In this document: one piece after another, positions 26,264 through 34,906 of the stretch | How positions within the stretch are numbered: position 1 is the stretch's first letter | Layout of the letters: each line of letters opens with the position of its first letter | Assembly (NCBI GenBank): GCA_036520995.1 | Contig: DATDIQ010000025.1 | Span: 42,149 to 106,148 of the forward strand | Source of the DNA: Terracidiphilus sp. | GTDB taxonomy: Bacteria; Acidobacteriota; Terriglobia; Terriglobales; Acidobacteriaceae | Length of the DNA stretch: 64,000 nucleotides | Reading direction: 5' to 3' | Position numbers and translations under genes: made by a program | The notes under the pieces: model-generated | Database searches by the model: none | What the model was told of the DNA's origin: nothing | The model's input: only the letters and a program-made list of their open reading frames with translations

Positions 26264-27909
26264 GAGTGCCCCTCCCGCATCCATGCCTGCATGGCCCGCG
26301 CGGTATCCGCCGGTTTTTGACGCACAAGGTCAAACGTCTGTTCCTTGAGCTGAGCGGCGCGGAGAGCGGGGTTGACTGCTTCCGCTGCTCCGGCGGGAAG
26401 CGACGGCGCGGCACCGCCGGCCAGAGCGGCCTGCGTTCCCGGACCCAACTGACCCGGGCTGAGGGCGTGCTTCTGGATGGGCCGGATCACGAATAGATAC
26501 GCCATCATGAAGAGAGCGAGCAGAGAGAGCGGGCGCAGGAGCGATGAGTAGTCGGTGACCGTCTTCTGCACTTTCGTCGTCCAGGTCGGCGCAGGCAGAT
26601 CGACATCCTGCGACGCGTCTTCAAACGACATGTTCTGCACGCTGATGGTGTCTCCCCGCTTGGGATCGAAACCGATGGCGGCTTCGGCAAGCGTCTGTAT
26701 CTTGTTCAGCTCATCCGGCGTTCTCTTTTGCCGAGTATAGGTGGTCTTTCCGTTCTTGACAGTCTTGACGAGGGCGTCATCGATGAGCAGGGCGGCGGTG
26801 ACGCGATCGATGCGGCCTCCGGGCATGATGGTATGCACGATGGTCCGGTTCACGCCGTACTGCGCGTTCTCAGACTTCGAGGATTGCGACGTGCCCTGCG
26901 ACAGGGTGGGTGCGGCGGCCGTGGTGGAAGACGGTGCGGTGGCAGTCCCGGTTGTTGCGGCGCCCGCCGCGGGCTTTGTGTTCTTGGCAACGGGAATGTT
27001 GCTGGCCGTGCCCGGAACGCCAGAGGGAACAGCGCCGCCGGTGGCCTGGTCTTCAGTCTTCTGCTCGCTGAGCACAGCGCTCACCGAGGGGTCATATTTC
27101 TCCTGGCTCTCTTCGACGGAGCCCTGATCGTAATCGACGTGGACGCTGGCGCGGATGGCATTGGCGCCGACGACGGGCTCGAGGGTGCTGACCAATTGCT
27201 GCGTCAGGCGCGCTTCTTCACCCGCATCGTTGCCAGGCCCATCGTGACCCACGCCCAACGACAGATCGGTATCCGCATCGATGATCGATACATCTTCAGG
27301 CTTCAACTCGTCGACTGCGCCGGCGACGAGGCGGGCAATGGCCATCGCCGAGTCTCTAGAGAGGCCGTCTCGGCGCAGCTTGAGAATGACGGAGGCCTTG
27401 GCGCCGCGCTGGCGATCGAGGAAGACGGAATCGCTAGGCATGACGAGATGGACGCGAGCGCTCTCGACGTTGGAGAGGGTCTGGATGCTCCGCTCCAGTT
27501 CGCCTTCGAGGGCGCGCTGGTATGCCACCTTCTCATCGAATTCCGTTTGACCCCAGGTCATCTTGTCGAAGAGCTCGAAGCCCATGCGGCCGCTGTGCGG
27601 CTGGCCCTGCGATGCGGTCTGCATGCGCGCGGCATCGATCTTGTCGGCGGGAACGCTTACCGTTTTGCCGTCGGGGCTGATCTGGTTGGGAATGTTCTGC
27701 GCAGAAAGCTGGGTGGCGAGCGCCTGGGCATCCGACGGCTCCAGATCCTTGAAGAGAGGCTTGTAATCGGGCGTGTTGAGGAGCCGTGCGAAGAGGGTGA
27801 GCAGAAGAGCCGTGGCTGCTGCTCCGACGAGAAGAAACGCCTTCTGCCGGCCTGTCCGGGTTGCCCAAAAATGTTTCGCCTGATCGGCGACGTTGCTTGT
27901 GCCTGGCAT
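26260..27909 (-). CDS. fliF: flagellar MS-ring protein FliF
   Basis: 549 aa with N- and C-terminal TM segments and FliF/YscJ-type periplasmic domains. Confidence 0.95.
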   Translation of the reverse strand: MPGTSNVADQAKHFWATRTGRQKAFLLVGAAATALLLTLFARLLNTPDYKPLFKDLEPSDAQALATQLSAQNIPNQISPDGKTVSVPADKIDAARMQTASQGQPHSGRMGFELFDKMTWGQTEFDEKVAYQRALEGELERSIQTLSNVESARVHLVMPSDSVFLDRQRGAKASVILKLRRDGLSRDSAMAIARLVAGAVDELKPEDVSIIDADTDLSLGVGHDGPGNDAGEEARLTQQLVSTLEPVVGANAIRASVHVDYDQGSVEESQEKYDPSVSAVLSEQKTEDQATGGAVPSGVPGTASNIPVAKNTKPAAGAATTGTATAPSSTTAAAPTLSQGTSQSSKSENAQYGVNRTIVHTIMPGGRIDRVTAALLIDDALVKTVKNGKTTYTRQKRTPDELNKIQTLAEAAIGFDPKRGDTISVQNMSFEDASQDVDLPAPTWTTKVQKTVTDYSSLLRPLSLLALFMMAYLFVIRPIQKHALSPGQLGPGTQAALAGGAAPSLPAGAAEAVNPALRAAQLKEQTFDLVRQKPADTARAMQAWMREGHS

Positions 27910-27921
27910 CGGGGTCTAATC

Positions 27922-28224
27922 CTAGAACTGCATTTTCTCGATATCTTGATAGGCGCTGACGATCTTGTTACGCACCTGCATCATCAACTGGAACGAGACG
28001 TCGGCTTTTTCGACGGCGATCATCACGTTGTTCAGGTCGCCACCGCCTCCCGAAACCAGGTTGCTGACCTGCGAGGCTGCATCGGTATGCAAGGAATTCA
28101 CCTTGTTCACGGCGTTGGAGAGGATGGAGCCAAAACTATCGCCTGCTGCGCCGGTTTCGCCGCCCAGCGAGGGAAGTGAGGGGGCCTGAAAATTGGGAAT
28201 CGCGCCAAAGGTTACGTTGCTCAT
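27922..28224 (-). CDS. fliE: hook-basal body complex protein FliE
   Basis: 100 aa with the C-terminal VMIAVEKADVSFQLMMQVRNKIVSAYQDI motif. Confidence 0.85.
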   Translation of the reverse strand: MSNVTFGAIPNFQAPSLPSLGGETGAAGDSFGSILSNAVNKVNSLHTDAASQVSNLVSGGGGDLNNVMIAVEKADVSFQLMMQVRNKIVSAYQDIEKMQF

Positions 28225-28239
28225 CTGCTTCTCCCTGGG

Positions 28240-28689
28240 TTACGAGGACTTCAAAATATCGAGCGACTGCTGGATCATCGCCTTAGCCGCGGTGACGGCC
28301 GAAGCATTCAACTGGTAGGCACGCACGGAACCCATGAGGTCGACCATCTCGGTGACGGGATTGATGGCTGGATAGGCGACGTAGCCGTCCTTGTTGGCAT
28401 CAGGATTGCCGGGTTCGTAGCGCATGACGGGCGGCGTGGTGTCGTTGACGACCTGGGTCAACTCGACGGAGCCAGCCGGTGCCTGACCGGAGCGGCCCAT
28501 GTGACTGAGCACGGTGCGAAACGGCGATGCGTTGGTAGCGCTGAAGACGACTTCTTTGCGCTGGTAGGGGCCGCCCGAATCGGTACGCGTGGTATCGGCG
28601 TTGGCCAGATTGGCGGATGTGACTTCAGCACGCTGGCGCTCGGCCGTGAGTGCGGAAGCGCTGACGCTCATCATGTCGAAAAGTCCCAT
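28240..28689 (-). CDS. flgC: rod protein FlgC
   Basis: 149 aa with SASALTAERQRAEVTSANLANADTTRT at the N-terminus and VDLMGSVRAYQLNASAVTAAKAM at the C-terminus. Confidence 0.95.
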   Translation of the reverse strand: MGLFDMMSVSASALTAERQRAEVTSANLANADTTRTDSGGPYQRKEVVFSATNASPFRTVLSHMGRSGQAPAGSVELTQVVNDTTPPVMRYEPGNPDANKDGYVAYPAINPVTEMVDLMGSVRAYQLNASAVTAAKAMIQQSLDILKSS

Positions 28690-28697
28690 GGCGGCTC

Positions 28698-29045
28698 TTA
28701 ATCCTTAATGGCGGTGAGCAGCCGGTGGAACTCGGCTTTAACCAGCTGCACGCCCATTTGATATTGCAATTGCGTTTCGGAAAGCAGCATGCTTTCGCGA
28801 TCGATGTTGACGTCGTTGCCATCGGGGCGCTCGGGCAGGCCTTCGACTTCGACGGAGGCCGGCTGAAGCTGCTGGCCGGTGGTCTCGTCGTTCATGGCCT
28901 GCTGCATGGCGGACTGAAAGTTGATGTCGCGCGCGTGGAAGCCAGGCGTATCGACGTTGGCGATGTTCGATGCCACCACCTGCTGGCGATCGGACGTGAC
29001 CTGCAGGTAGCCCTGCAGCAGTTGCATGATGGGAGTGGTTGCCAT
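28698..29045 (-). CDS. flgB: rod protein FlgB
   Basis: 115 aa with the SNIANVDTPGFHARD motif. The ATG overlaps the stop of the upstream response-regulator gene (TGATG). Confidence 0.9.
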   Translation of the reverse strand: MATTPIMQLLQGYLQVTSDRQQVVASNIANVDTPGFHARDINFQSAMQQAMNDETTGQQLQPASVEVEGLPERPDGNDVNIDRESMLLSETQLQYQMGVQLVKAEFHRLLTAIKD

Positions 29046-30427
29046 CAGGCGTACCTCCTTGGGGGCAGACCGTATTCGCGAATCTTGTTGCGCAGAGTGC
29101 GCAGGCTGATGCCGAGCATCTCGGCGGCCACGGTCCGGTTGCCGTCGGTGAGTGCGAGCGTTTTTTCTAAGTGCAGTCTTTCCACCTGCCGAATTGGCGT
29201 TCCGGGGGGCGCAACAGATGGACTGGACGCCGGAACGGAGACCTGCACCGGACGCGCGAGGCTGGTGTTGCCCTGGAATTCCGTCTCGAAGGATCGCGCA
29301 TCGAGGTCGGAGGTGTTGCTGAGGGCGAGCACGCGGCGCATGAAGTTGGCGAGTTCGCGTACGTTGCCGGGCCAGGAGTGCGACTGCAGACGTTCGAGGA
29401 AATCGGAATGCAGACGGGGCGGAAACGTGCGATGCTGCGCGGCGAATTTCTCGGCGAAGAAGTGGGCGAGGACCGGAATGTCTTCGCGGCGTTCGCGGAG
29501 GGGCGGCAGGGTGAGCGGAATGACGTTGAGGCGATAGTAGAGATCGGCGCGGAACTGGCCGCGCTCGACCATGGCGCCAAGGGCTACGTTGGTGGTGGCG
29601 ACGACGCGAATGTCGACGTGTACCGTCGTGCCTTCGCCGAGGCGCTCGAATTCACGCTCCTGCAGCACGCGCAGAAGCTTGGGCTGCAGGTTGAGGGGCA
29701 TTTCTCCGATTTCGTCGAGCAGGATGGTTCCACCGTCGGCTAGTTCGAATTTGCCGGGACGATTTGCGACGGCTCCGGTGAAAGCGCCTTTGCCGTGCCC
29801 GAAGAGTTCGCTCTCGAGCAGGGTTTCGGGAACCGCGGCGCAGTTGACGGCGATGAAGGGCTTGCCGCTGCGATCGCTGGCGTCGTGGACGAAACGTGCG
29901 AGAAGTTCTTTGCCGGTGCCGCTCTCGGCTTCGATGAGGACGTCGGCGCCGGTGCTGGCCGCGGCTCGCGCGCGCTGCAGGGTGCGCAACAGGGCCGGCG
30001 CGTGGCCGACGATGTCGCCGTTGGCGTTGGTGTCTTCAGCGGGCTGCTGCCTGGCGCGGTGGATGACCTGGGCCGCGGTAGCCTGCAGGCGATCGAAGGG
30101 AATGGGCTTGGTGAGGTAGTCGAGCGCACCGTCGCGCATGGCGTTGACTGCGTCGGGGACGGAGCCGTAGGCGGTGAGAAGAATGACGGCGGTTTCAGGC
30201 GATGCTTTGCGCGCAGCGCGCATCACTTCCATGCCGGAGCCGTCGGGCATGCGCATGTCGGTGACGACCAGATCGAAGTCGCGGCCTTCCACGTTGCGGA
30301 TGGCTTCGCGCACGCAGGAGGCGGTTTCGACGCGCCAGCCGTGGCGCAGAAAATTGGCGCGCAGCGCGGTGCGAATGCCCGGTTCGTCGTCGACCACCAT
30401 TACGGAAAGCACTTCACCACTGGTCAT
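29045..30427 (-). CDS. sigma54-dependent response regulator (NtrC family; FlrC/FleR-like by context)
   Basis: 460 aa. Canonical receiver (VVDDEP...DLVVTDMRMPDGSG...), AAA+ domain with GAFTGA and ESGTGKE, and a C-terminal Fis-type HTH (RTVAAEMLGISLRTLRNKIREYG). Confidence 0.9.
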   Translation of the reverse strand: MTSGEVLSVMVVDDEPGIRTALRANFLRHGWRVETASCVREAIRNVEGRDFDLVVTDMRMPDGSGMEVMRAARKASPETAVILLTAYGSVPDAVNAMRDGALDYLTKPIPFDRLQATAAQVIHRARQQPAEDTNANGDIVGHAPALLRTLQRARAAASTGADVLIEAESGTGKELLARFVHDASDRSGKPFIAVNCAAVPETLLESELFGHGKGAFTGAVANRPGKFELADGGTILLDEIGEMPLNLQPKLLRVLQEREFERLGEGTTVHVDIRVVATTNVALGAMVERGQFRADLYYRLNVIPLTLPPLRERREDIPVLAHFFAEKFAAQHRTFPPRLHSDFLERLQSHSWPGNVRELANFMRRVLALSNTSDLDARSFETEFQGNTSLARPVQVSVPASSPSVAPPGTPIRQVERLHLEKTLALTDGNRTVAAEMLGISLRTLRNKIREYGLPPRRYA

Positions 30428-31683
30428 AGGGCAGGAAACTCCAACTGAAACGTACTTCCTTCGTGGACGCGGCTGGTGACGCGAATGGCGCCGTTGTGCT
30501 GGGTCATGAGACGTTTGCAGACGGCGAGGCCGAGGCCCGGAGTTTCGCCGGTGGCACTGAAGCCAGCGTCGAAGACGTGCTCGAGGACGTTCTCGGGAAT
30601 GCCGCAGCCGGAGTCGCGAATCTCGATCTGGGCCATCTCTTTGCCGTCGCGGGGGACGCGCGCGGTGGATACGTGGACACGGCCGCCGGCTTCAGTGTGG
30701 CGGATGGCGTTGCACACGATGTTGAGGACGATCTGGCGAAGGGCGTCTTCGTTGCCCAGGATGGAGGGCGTGTTGTCTGCGGCGGAAAAGGCAAGTTCGA
30801 GACCCGCCTGCTCGGCGATGGGCTGCACGAACTCGACACCGCTCTGCACGCACGCGGCGAGATGGACGGGGACGAGCCGGGGCTTGGATTCGCCGTTGAG
30901 GCTCAGAACATTGTTGACCGTTCCGGAAAGGGTGCGAATGCCGGCGCGCAGATGAGAAATCCATTGCGAACCCTGGCCGAGATCCTGTTCGATGAGCCCG
31001 GCAAATAATTCCAGGCTGGCTAATGGATTTCTAATTTCGTGGGCAAGGATGGTGGAGATTTCTGCGAGCGCGGTGGCGCGGCGTGCGGCTTCGCGTTCCT
31101 GCTCTGCCTGTTTGTTGGCCGTGATATCGCGGAGGATCCAGATGCTTTCAAGGTTCGCGGCAGCGTCAGACGGGCCCTGGATGGATGTACTGGAAAAGAG
31201 CTTGCGATTGCCGATGGCGAGCCAGCGTTTTTCTTTGCCGGATTGCACGCAGACTTCGCTCTCGAGCTGATCGTGCGATCCGCGGGCCAGGGCCTCAAAG
31301 TCGACGCGACTGCTGCGCGAAAGCTCGCGCAGGCTTTGGATCCTGGCATCGCCGAGATCGAGGAGCCGGCGTCCTTCAGGGTTGATCATAACGATGCGCT
31401 CGGCCTGGTTGAGGACGAGCACGCCGCAGGGCATGGAATCGAGGATCTGCTGCAGGGCCGCGCGCATGCGGTCGTTTTCAGCAAGGCTGCGGGTGAGAGC
31501 GGCATTGCGCTTGGAGAGTTCGGAACCGAGACGCCCAACTTCCTGCTGCAGATCGCGGTAGGACTGCTCGAGCACCGCCGAGGCCGAGATGAATTCGGAA
31601 AATGCATCCGCGAGAAGCTGAGGGCTCGGGAGAGAGTCGGCGCCCAACTTCTTTATTGGAATGGCATGAGAACTCGGCAGCAT
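30424..31683 (-). CDS. cytoplasmic PAS sensor histidine kinase (FlrB/FleS-like by context)
   Basis: PAS region, H-box ILAHEIRNPLASL and an HATPase_c domain (DSGCGIP...GLGLAVCKRLM). ATG at 31683 checked. The ORF-track TTG at 31698 lies inside the putative sigma54 promoter. Confidence 0.85.
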   Translation of the reverse strand: MLPSSHAIPIKKLGADSLPSPQLLADAFSEFISASAVLEQSYRDLQQEVGRLGSELSKRNAALTRSLAENDRMRAALQQILDSMPCGVLVLNQAERIVMINPEGRRLLDLGDARIQSLRELSRSSRVDFEALARGSHDQLESEVCVQSGKEKRWLAIGNRKLFSSTSIQGPSDAAANLESIWILRDITANKQAEQEREAARRATALAEISTILAHEIRNPLASLELFAGLIEQDLGQGSQWISHLRAGIRTLSGTVNNVLSLNGESKPRLVPVHLAACVQSGVEFVQPIAEQAGLELAFSAADNTPSILGNEDALRQIVLNIVCNAIRHTEAGGRVHVSTARVPRDGKEMAQIEIRDSGCGIPENVLEHVFDAGFSATGETPGLGLAVCKRLMTQHNGAIRVTSRVHEGSTFQLEFPAL

Positions 31684-31697
31684 TTGCCTATCTACCA

Positions 31698-31713
31698 AGC
31701 ACGACGTATGCCA
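31698..31713 (-). promoter_or_regulatory. sigma54-type promoter-like element upstream of the PAS kinase gene
   Basis: Minus strand reads TGGCATACGTCGTGCT, the same -24/-12 elements as the flgF element. Only 15 nt separate the -12 GC from the ATG, so the transcript would be nearly leaderless. This lowers confidence. Confidence 0.4.
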
Positions 31714-31747
31714 AACCGGGACAGGGCACCCAAATTGGGATTACGGC

Positions 31748-32926
31748 TTACAGAATGATGTGTTCGGGCCTGATCTCGGTCTCGGTGCCCACGAGGATCG
31801 TGGCGCGTTCGATGGCGTTGCGCAGCTCGCGGACGTTGCCGGGCCACGAATGCTGTGCCAGTACATGGAGGGCATCACGAGAGAGCGAGACGCCGTTATG
31901 GAATCTAGCCACGAAGGCGATGGCGAGTTCCTCGATATCGCTCATGCGATCGCGCAGGGGCGGAAGCTTGATGGGGAAAACATTAAGCCTGTAGAAGAGG
32001 TCTTCGCGAAACTGGCCCTGGTCGATGCGCTTCTTGAGATCCGCGTTGGTGGCCGCGATGACGCGCACATCGACTTTGAGATTTTCATTACCGCCGATGC
32101 GCTGGACCTCGCCCTGTTCGAGGAAGCGCAGGATTTTGCTTTGCAGGGAGAGAGGCATGTCGCCGATTTCATCGAGGAAGAGGGTGCCGCCGTGGGCGGC
32201 GTGAATGCGGCCGATGCGGGACTGGACAGCGCCGGTGAAGGAGCCCTTGGTATAGCCGAAGAGCTCGGCCTCGAGGAGGGTTTCGGGGATGGCGGAGCAG
32301 TTGACGACGATGAAGGGCTGATTGCGGCGGGGGCTGATGAGATGAATTTCCTGTGCGATGAGGTCTTTGCCGGTTCCGCTTTCGCCGGTGACGAGCACGG
32401 TGGTATCGCGGGAGGCGACCATGCGGGTGAGCGCATAGGTGCGCACCATCGGGGCGGAGTCACCGATCATGCTGCGCAGGCGCACTTTGTTATCGGCCGG
32501 AACGCGCGGGTTTTCGGGGCCGGTAAAGGGAATGGGCGCGGTGCGAAGGGCGCCGGTTTGATTGACGACGTCGGCAAGCTTGCGGGAAACGGGTGTGGGC
32601 GAGGCGCTGCCGACCAGAAGCTGGCCGGTATGCGCATTGAGCATCATGATCTGCGTATGGGGGAAGCGGTCGCGGACGATGGCATGAAATTCGCCTGGCT
32701 CGAGGTCCGGCAAGGATGGGTCGAGAAGGAGGACAGTATCCTCGGTGGCGTGCGCGTGGAGAAGCTTCAACGCTTCGGCGCCGCCGCTGGCCTGGAGCAA
32801 GTTCCAGCGGGGAAGGGTCAACTTGCTTTGAAGCTCTTCACGGAGCCTCGCATTGGGACTGACCACGAAGACATCGATGGGAATTCGATCTTCGAATCGT
32901 CCGATTTGTGCAGCCGGTGCGGCCAT
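31748..32926 (-). CDS. sigma54-dependent activator with an atypical receiver and no DNA-binding domain
   Basis: AAA+ core (GESGTGKD, GSFTGA, WPGNVRELRNAIERA). The protein ends 18 aa after the ERA motif with no HTH. The N-terminal REC-like domain lacks the acidic pair (VVSPN). ATG at 32926 checked, with GGAGG upstream. The ORF-track GTG is at 32944. Confidence 0.85.
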   Translation of the reverse strand: MAAPAAQIGRFEDRIPIDVFVVSPNARLREELQSKLTLPRWNLLQASGGAEALKLLHAHATEDTVLLLDPSLPDLEPGEFHAIVRDRFPHTQIMMLNAHTGQLLVGSASPTPVSRKLADVVNQTGALRTAPIPFTGPENPRVPADNKVRLRSMIGDSAPMVRTYALTRMVASRDTTVLVTGESGTGKDLIAQEIHLISPRRNQPFIVVNCSAIPETLLEAELFGYTKGSFTGAVQSRIGRIHAAHGGTLFLDEIGDMPLSLQSKILRFLEQGEVQRIGGNENLKVDVRVIAATNADLKKRIDQGQFREDLFYRLNVFPIKLPPLRDRMSDIEELAIAFVARFHNGVSLSRDALHVLAQHSWPGNVRELRNAIERATILVGTETEIRPEHIIL

Positions 32927-32985
32927 TTGAGAAAGCGCCTCCACGAAAAATAAAACAGCAAGAAAAACCCTGATACAGCGAGTGG

Positions 32986-33741
32986 TCAGCTCGCTTCTTG
33001 CAACGGGGAACCAGAGTGTTCGGACGGCGGAAACGGAAGACCGAACTCGGCCCTGCGCTGGTCCTGGGACCGAACAGGCAACCTGAGTACGATCCGCAAA
33101 GGATCTTCGGAGAGCTCCATCGTGCCTTGCTGGCTCCGAAGGGAGGCTTCCATGAGGGAAAGGCCGAGGCGCTGCTGAGAACCAAACCGCTTCCCGGGAG
33201 CGCTTTCGGCAAGAAGAACCAAATCGACGACAGGGGGGTGGACGTCGACAGTGAACTTAAGAACGCTTCCCGGCTCAGCAAGGGAGGCCAGGGTTTTGAC
33301 TGCGGAGCGCAAGGCGCGTTCAGTCCGGTCGGCATCGCAGAGCAGATCGAGGGCCGCGGCGGGCAAGGCAGCTTCGATGCGCAGGCCGAGCGCGGAGAAA
33401 GTCTTCTCCAATTCGAGTACGGGCTCGATCACTTCGGCGAGTGACACCGGCTTGCAATCGGCGGGGTGCGAAGCGGCATCGAGAAGGCCCTGGAGACAGA
33501 ACATCATGTCGCAGAGGCGTTCGATCTCGCGCGTGGACATCTCAAGATAGCGTTCGTGCTCGGGCGCGACGGCGTTGACCATGGCCAAGGCGCCGAGCGC
33601 GCCGCGCAGAATGGTGAGAGGCTGTGCCATGGCGTGGAGACCGTTGGCCAGGTCTGCATAAAGCGCAGCCGGCCGAAGAGCGGTCGCGGGTGTCTCGTTG
33701 GGTTTGTCGTCAGGCAACGCGCAACTCATAACCAAAACCAC
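32986..33741 (-). CDS. sensor-less histidine-kinase-like protein (DHp H-box + degenerate ATPase domain)
   Basis: About 250 aa with no TM or sensor domain. H-box-like LANGLHAMAQPLTILRG. The C-terminus keeps a G2-like RLGLSLMEA, but I cannot find N-box Asn or G1 DxGxG motifs. Confidence 0.55.
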   Translation of the reverse strand: MVLVMSCALPDDKPNETPATALRPAALYADLANGLHAMAQPLTILRGALGALAMVNAVAPEHERYLEMSTREIERLCDMMFCLQGLLDAASHPADCKPVSLAEVIEPVLELEKTFSALGLRIEAALPAAALDLLCDADRTERALRSAVKTLASLAEPGSVLKFTVDVHPPVVDLVLLAESAPGKRFGSQQRLGLSLMEASLRSQQGTMELSEDPLRIVLRLPVRSQDQRRAEFGLPFPPSEHSGSPLQEAS

Positions 33742-34564
33742 GCACTGTGTGGGTCAACCGGGGTTCGCCGGGCAGGTCAATCTTGTCCCGGACATACTTC
33801 ATATAGACGTCCACAATGTTGGTGGCCGACTCGGTCGACGAGGTGTTCCAGACTTCTTCGAGCAAGGTCGCCCGGGAGACGGGTTGGCCGGCATTGCGCA
33901 TGAGGATGTCGAGAATGGCAAATTCGCGGGGCGTGAGTTCGATGCGCCGCCCGCTGCGCTCCACGCGATGTTGATCGCGGTACATGATGAGGTCGCCGAC
34001 GGCGGAGCAGTTGGGGACGAGGCCGGAGTTTCGGCGCAGGAGAGCCTGGACGCGGGCCATGAGTTCGATGAGCGAAAAGGGTTTGGTGAGGCAGTCGTCG
34101 GCGCCGCTTTCGAGGGCTTTCACCTTGTCTTCGACTCGGCTTCGCGCGGTGAGCACGAGCAGGGGCAGGCGGGGCTGAGTCGGACGAACACGCTGCATCA
34201 GGCTGATTCCATCCAACTTAGGCAGGTTGAGATCAAGGATCAGCAAGTCATAGGAACGCTTTGCTTCGAGAGCCTCGAGGGCTTCGTGGCCATCGTGCGC
34301 CTGATCGACGAGGAATCCGCGGGACTCGAGTTCTCCAGTGAGGAAGCCGGCAAGCGAGAGATCGTCTTCGACGATCAGGACCCGGCGGCGCGCGGGGCGC
34401 TGGAGCTCGGTGACATTGGTGTGGGATGCCGGCTTCTGGAGGGACCGGCTCCGTTGCGCTTCAGTTGCGGGGGCGCTCATTAAAGAAGAATCGACAGCTT
34501 CAGTCATAGGGATCCCATTCATCGGGTGGGTGTTTTTTACGAACGACCACCACTGTCCCTGCAC
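33710..34564 (-). CDS. OmpR-family response regulator
   Basis: Receiver (RRVLIVEDDLSLA...DLLILDLNLPKLDG...LVLTAR...KPF) plus a winged-helix output (IELTPREFAILDILMRN...VDVYMKYVRDKID...TVRGFGYEL). Start uncertain: GTG at 34564, or ATG at 34522 or 34507. Overlaps the next gene by 20-32 nt. Confidence 0.9.
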   Translation of the reverse strand: MQGQWWSFVKNTHPMNGIPMTEAVDSSLMSAPATEAQRSRSLQKPASHTNVTELQRPARRRVLIVEDDLSLAGFLTGELESRGFLVDQAHDGHEALEALEAKRSYDLLILDLNLPKLDGISLMQRVRPTQPRLPLLVLTARSRVEDKVKALESGADDCLTKPFSLIELMARVQALLRRNSGLVPNCSAVGDLIMYRDQHRVERSGRRIELTPREFAILDILMRNAGQPVSRATLLEEVWNTSSTESATNIVDVYMKYVRDKIDLPGEPRLTHTVRGFGYELRVA

Positions 34565-34836
34565 TCATCGCACTGGGATGAAACGGTTTACAGCTGCAAC
34601 GTTTGAATGAGTAGTATAGGGTGGATTGCAACAATCTTGGTGAGATTTCAATGAGATTAGAGTTACCTTGGAGATTCAGGAATAACGGGGTAGCGGGATT
34701 GCGGGAAGGGCGGGATTGGGGTAGAGTAGTGCCCTCCCGATTTGGAACAGATGAGAGAGCGGTTCTCCCGTTTGCGTCCCAAGGGGCTGAACGGGCAAGA
34801 AATAGGGGTTGGATTCCCGGAGTTTTCGTCGAAAAT

Positions 34837-34844
34837 GCCGATAA
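34837..34844 (+). promoter_or_regulatory. possible sigma28 -10 box upstream of the PilZ gene
   Basis: Perfect GCCGATAA 63 nt upstream of the ATG at 34907. The -35 region (CGGA/GGAG) is poor. Confidence 0.35.
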
Positions 34845-34906
34845 GTAAATCATCGAAGGGCGCCGCAAAGGGCGAGAGCGGCACTCCGGCAAGGACGGAC
34901 GGAAGC

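Noticed and set aside
34722-34906. c-di-GMP riboswitch (GEMM-type) upstream of the PilZ gene
   Set aside because: I looked for the conserved GEMM-I features (paired helices with a GNRA tetraloop and receptor, ACGCACAGGGCAAACC-like core) and did not see them. Only generic hairpins are present.
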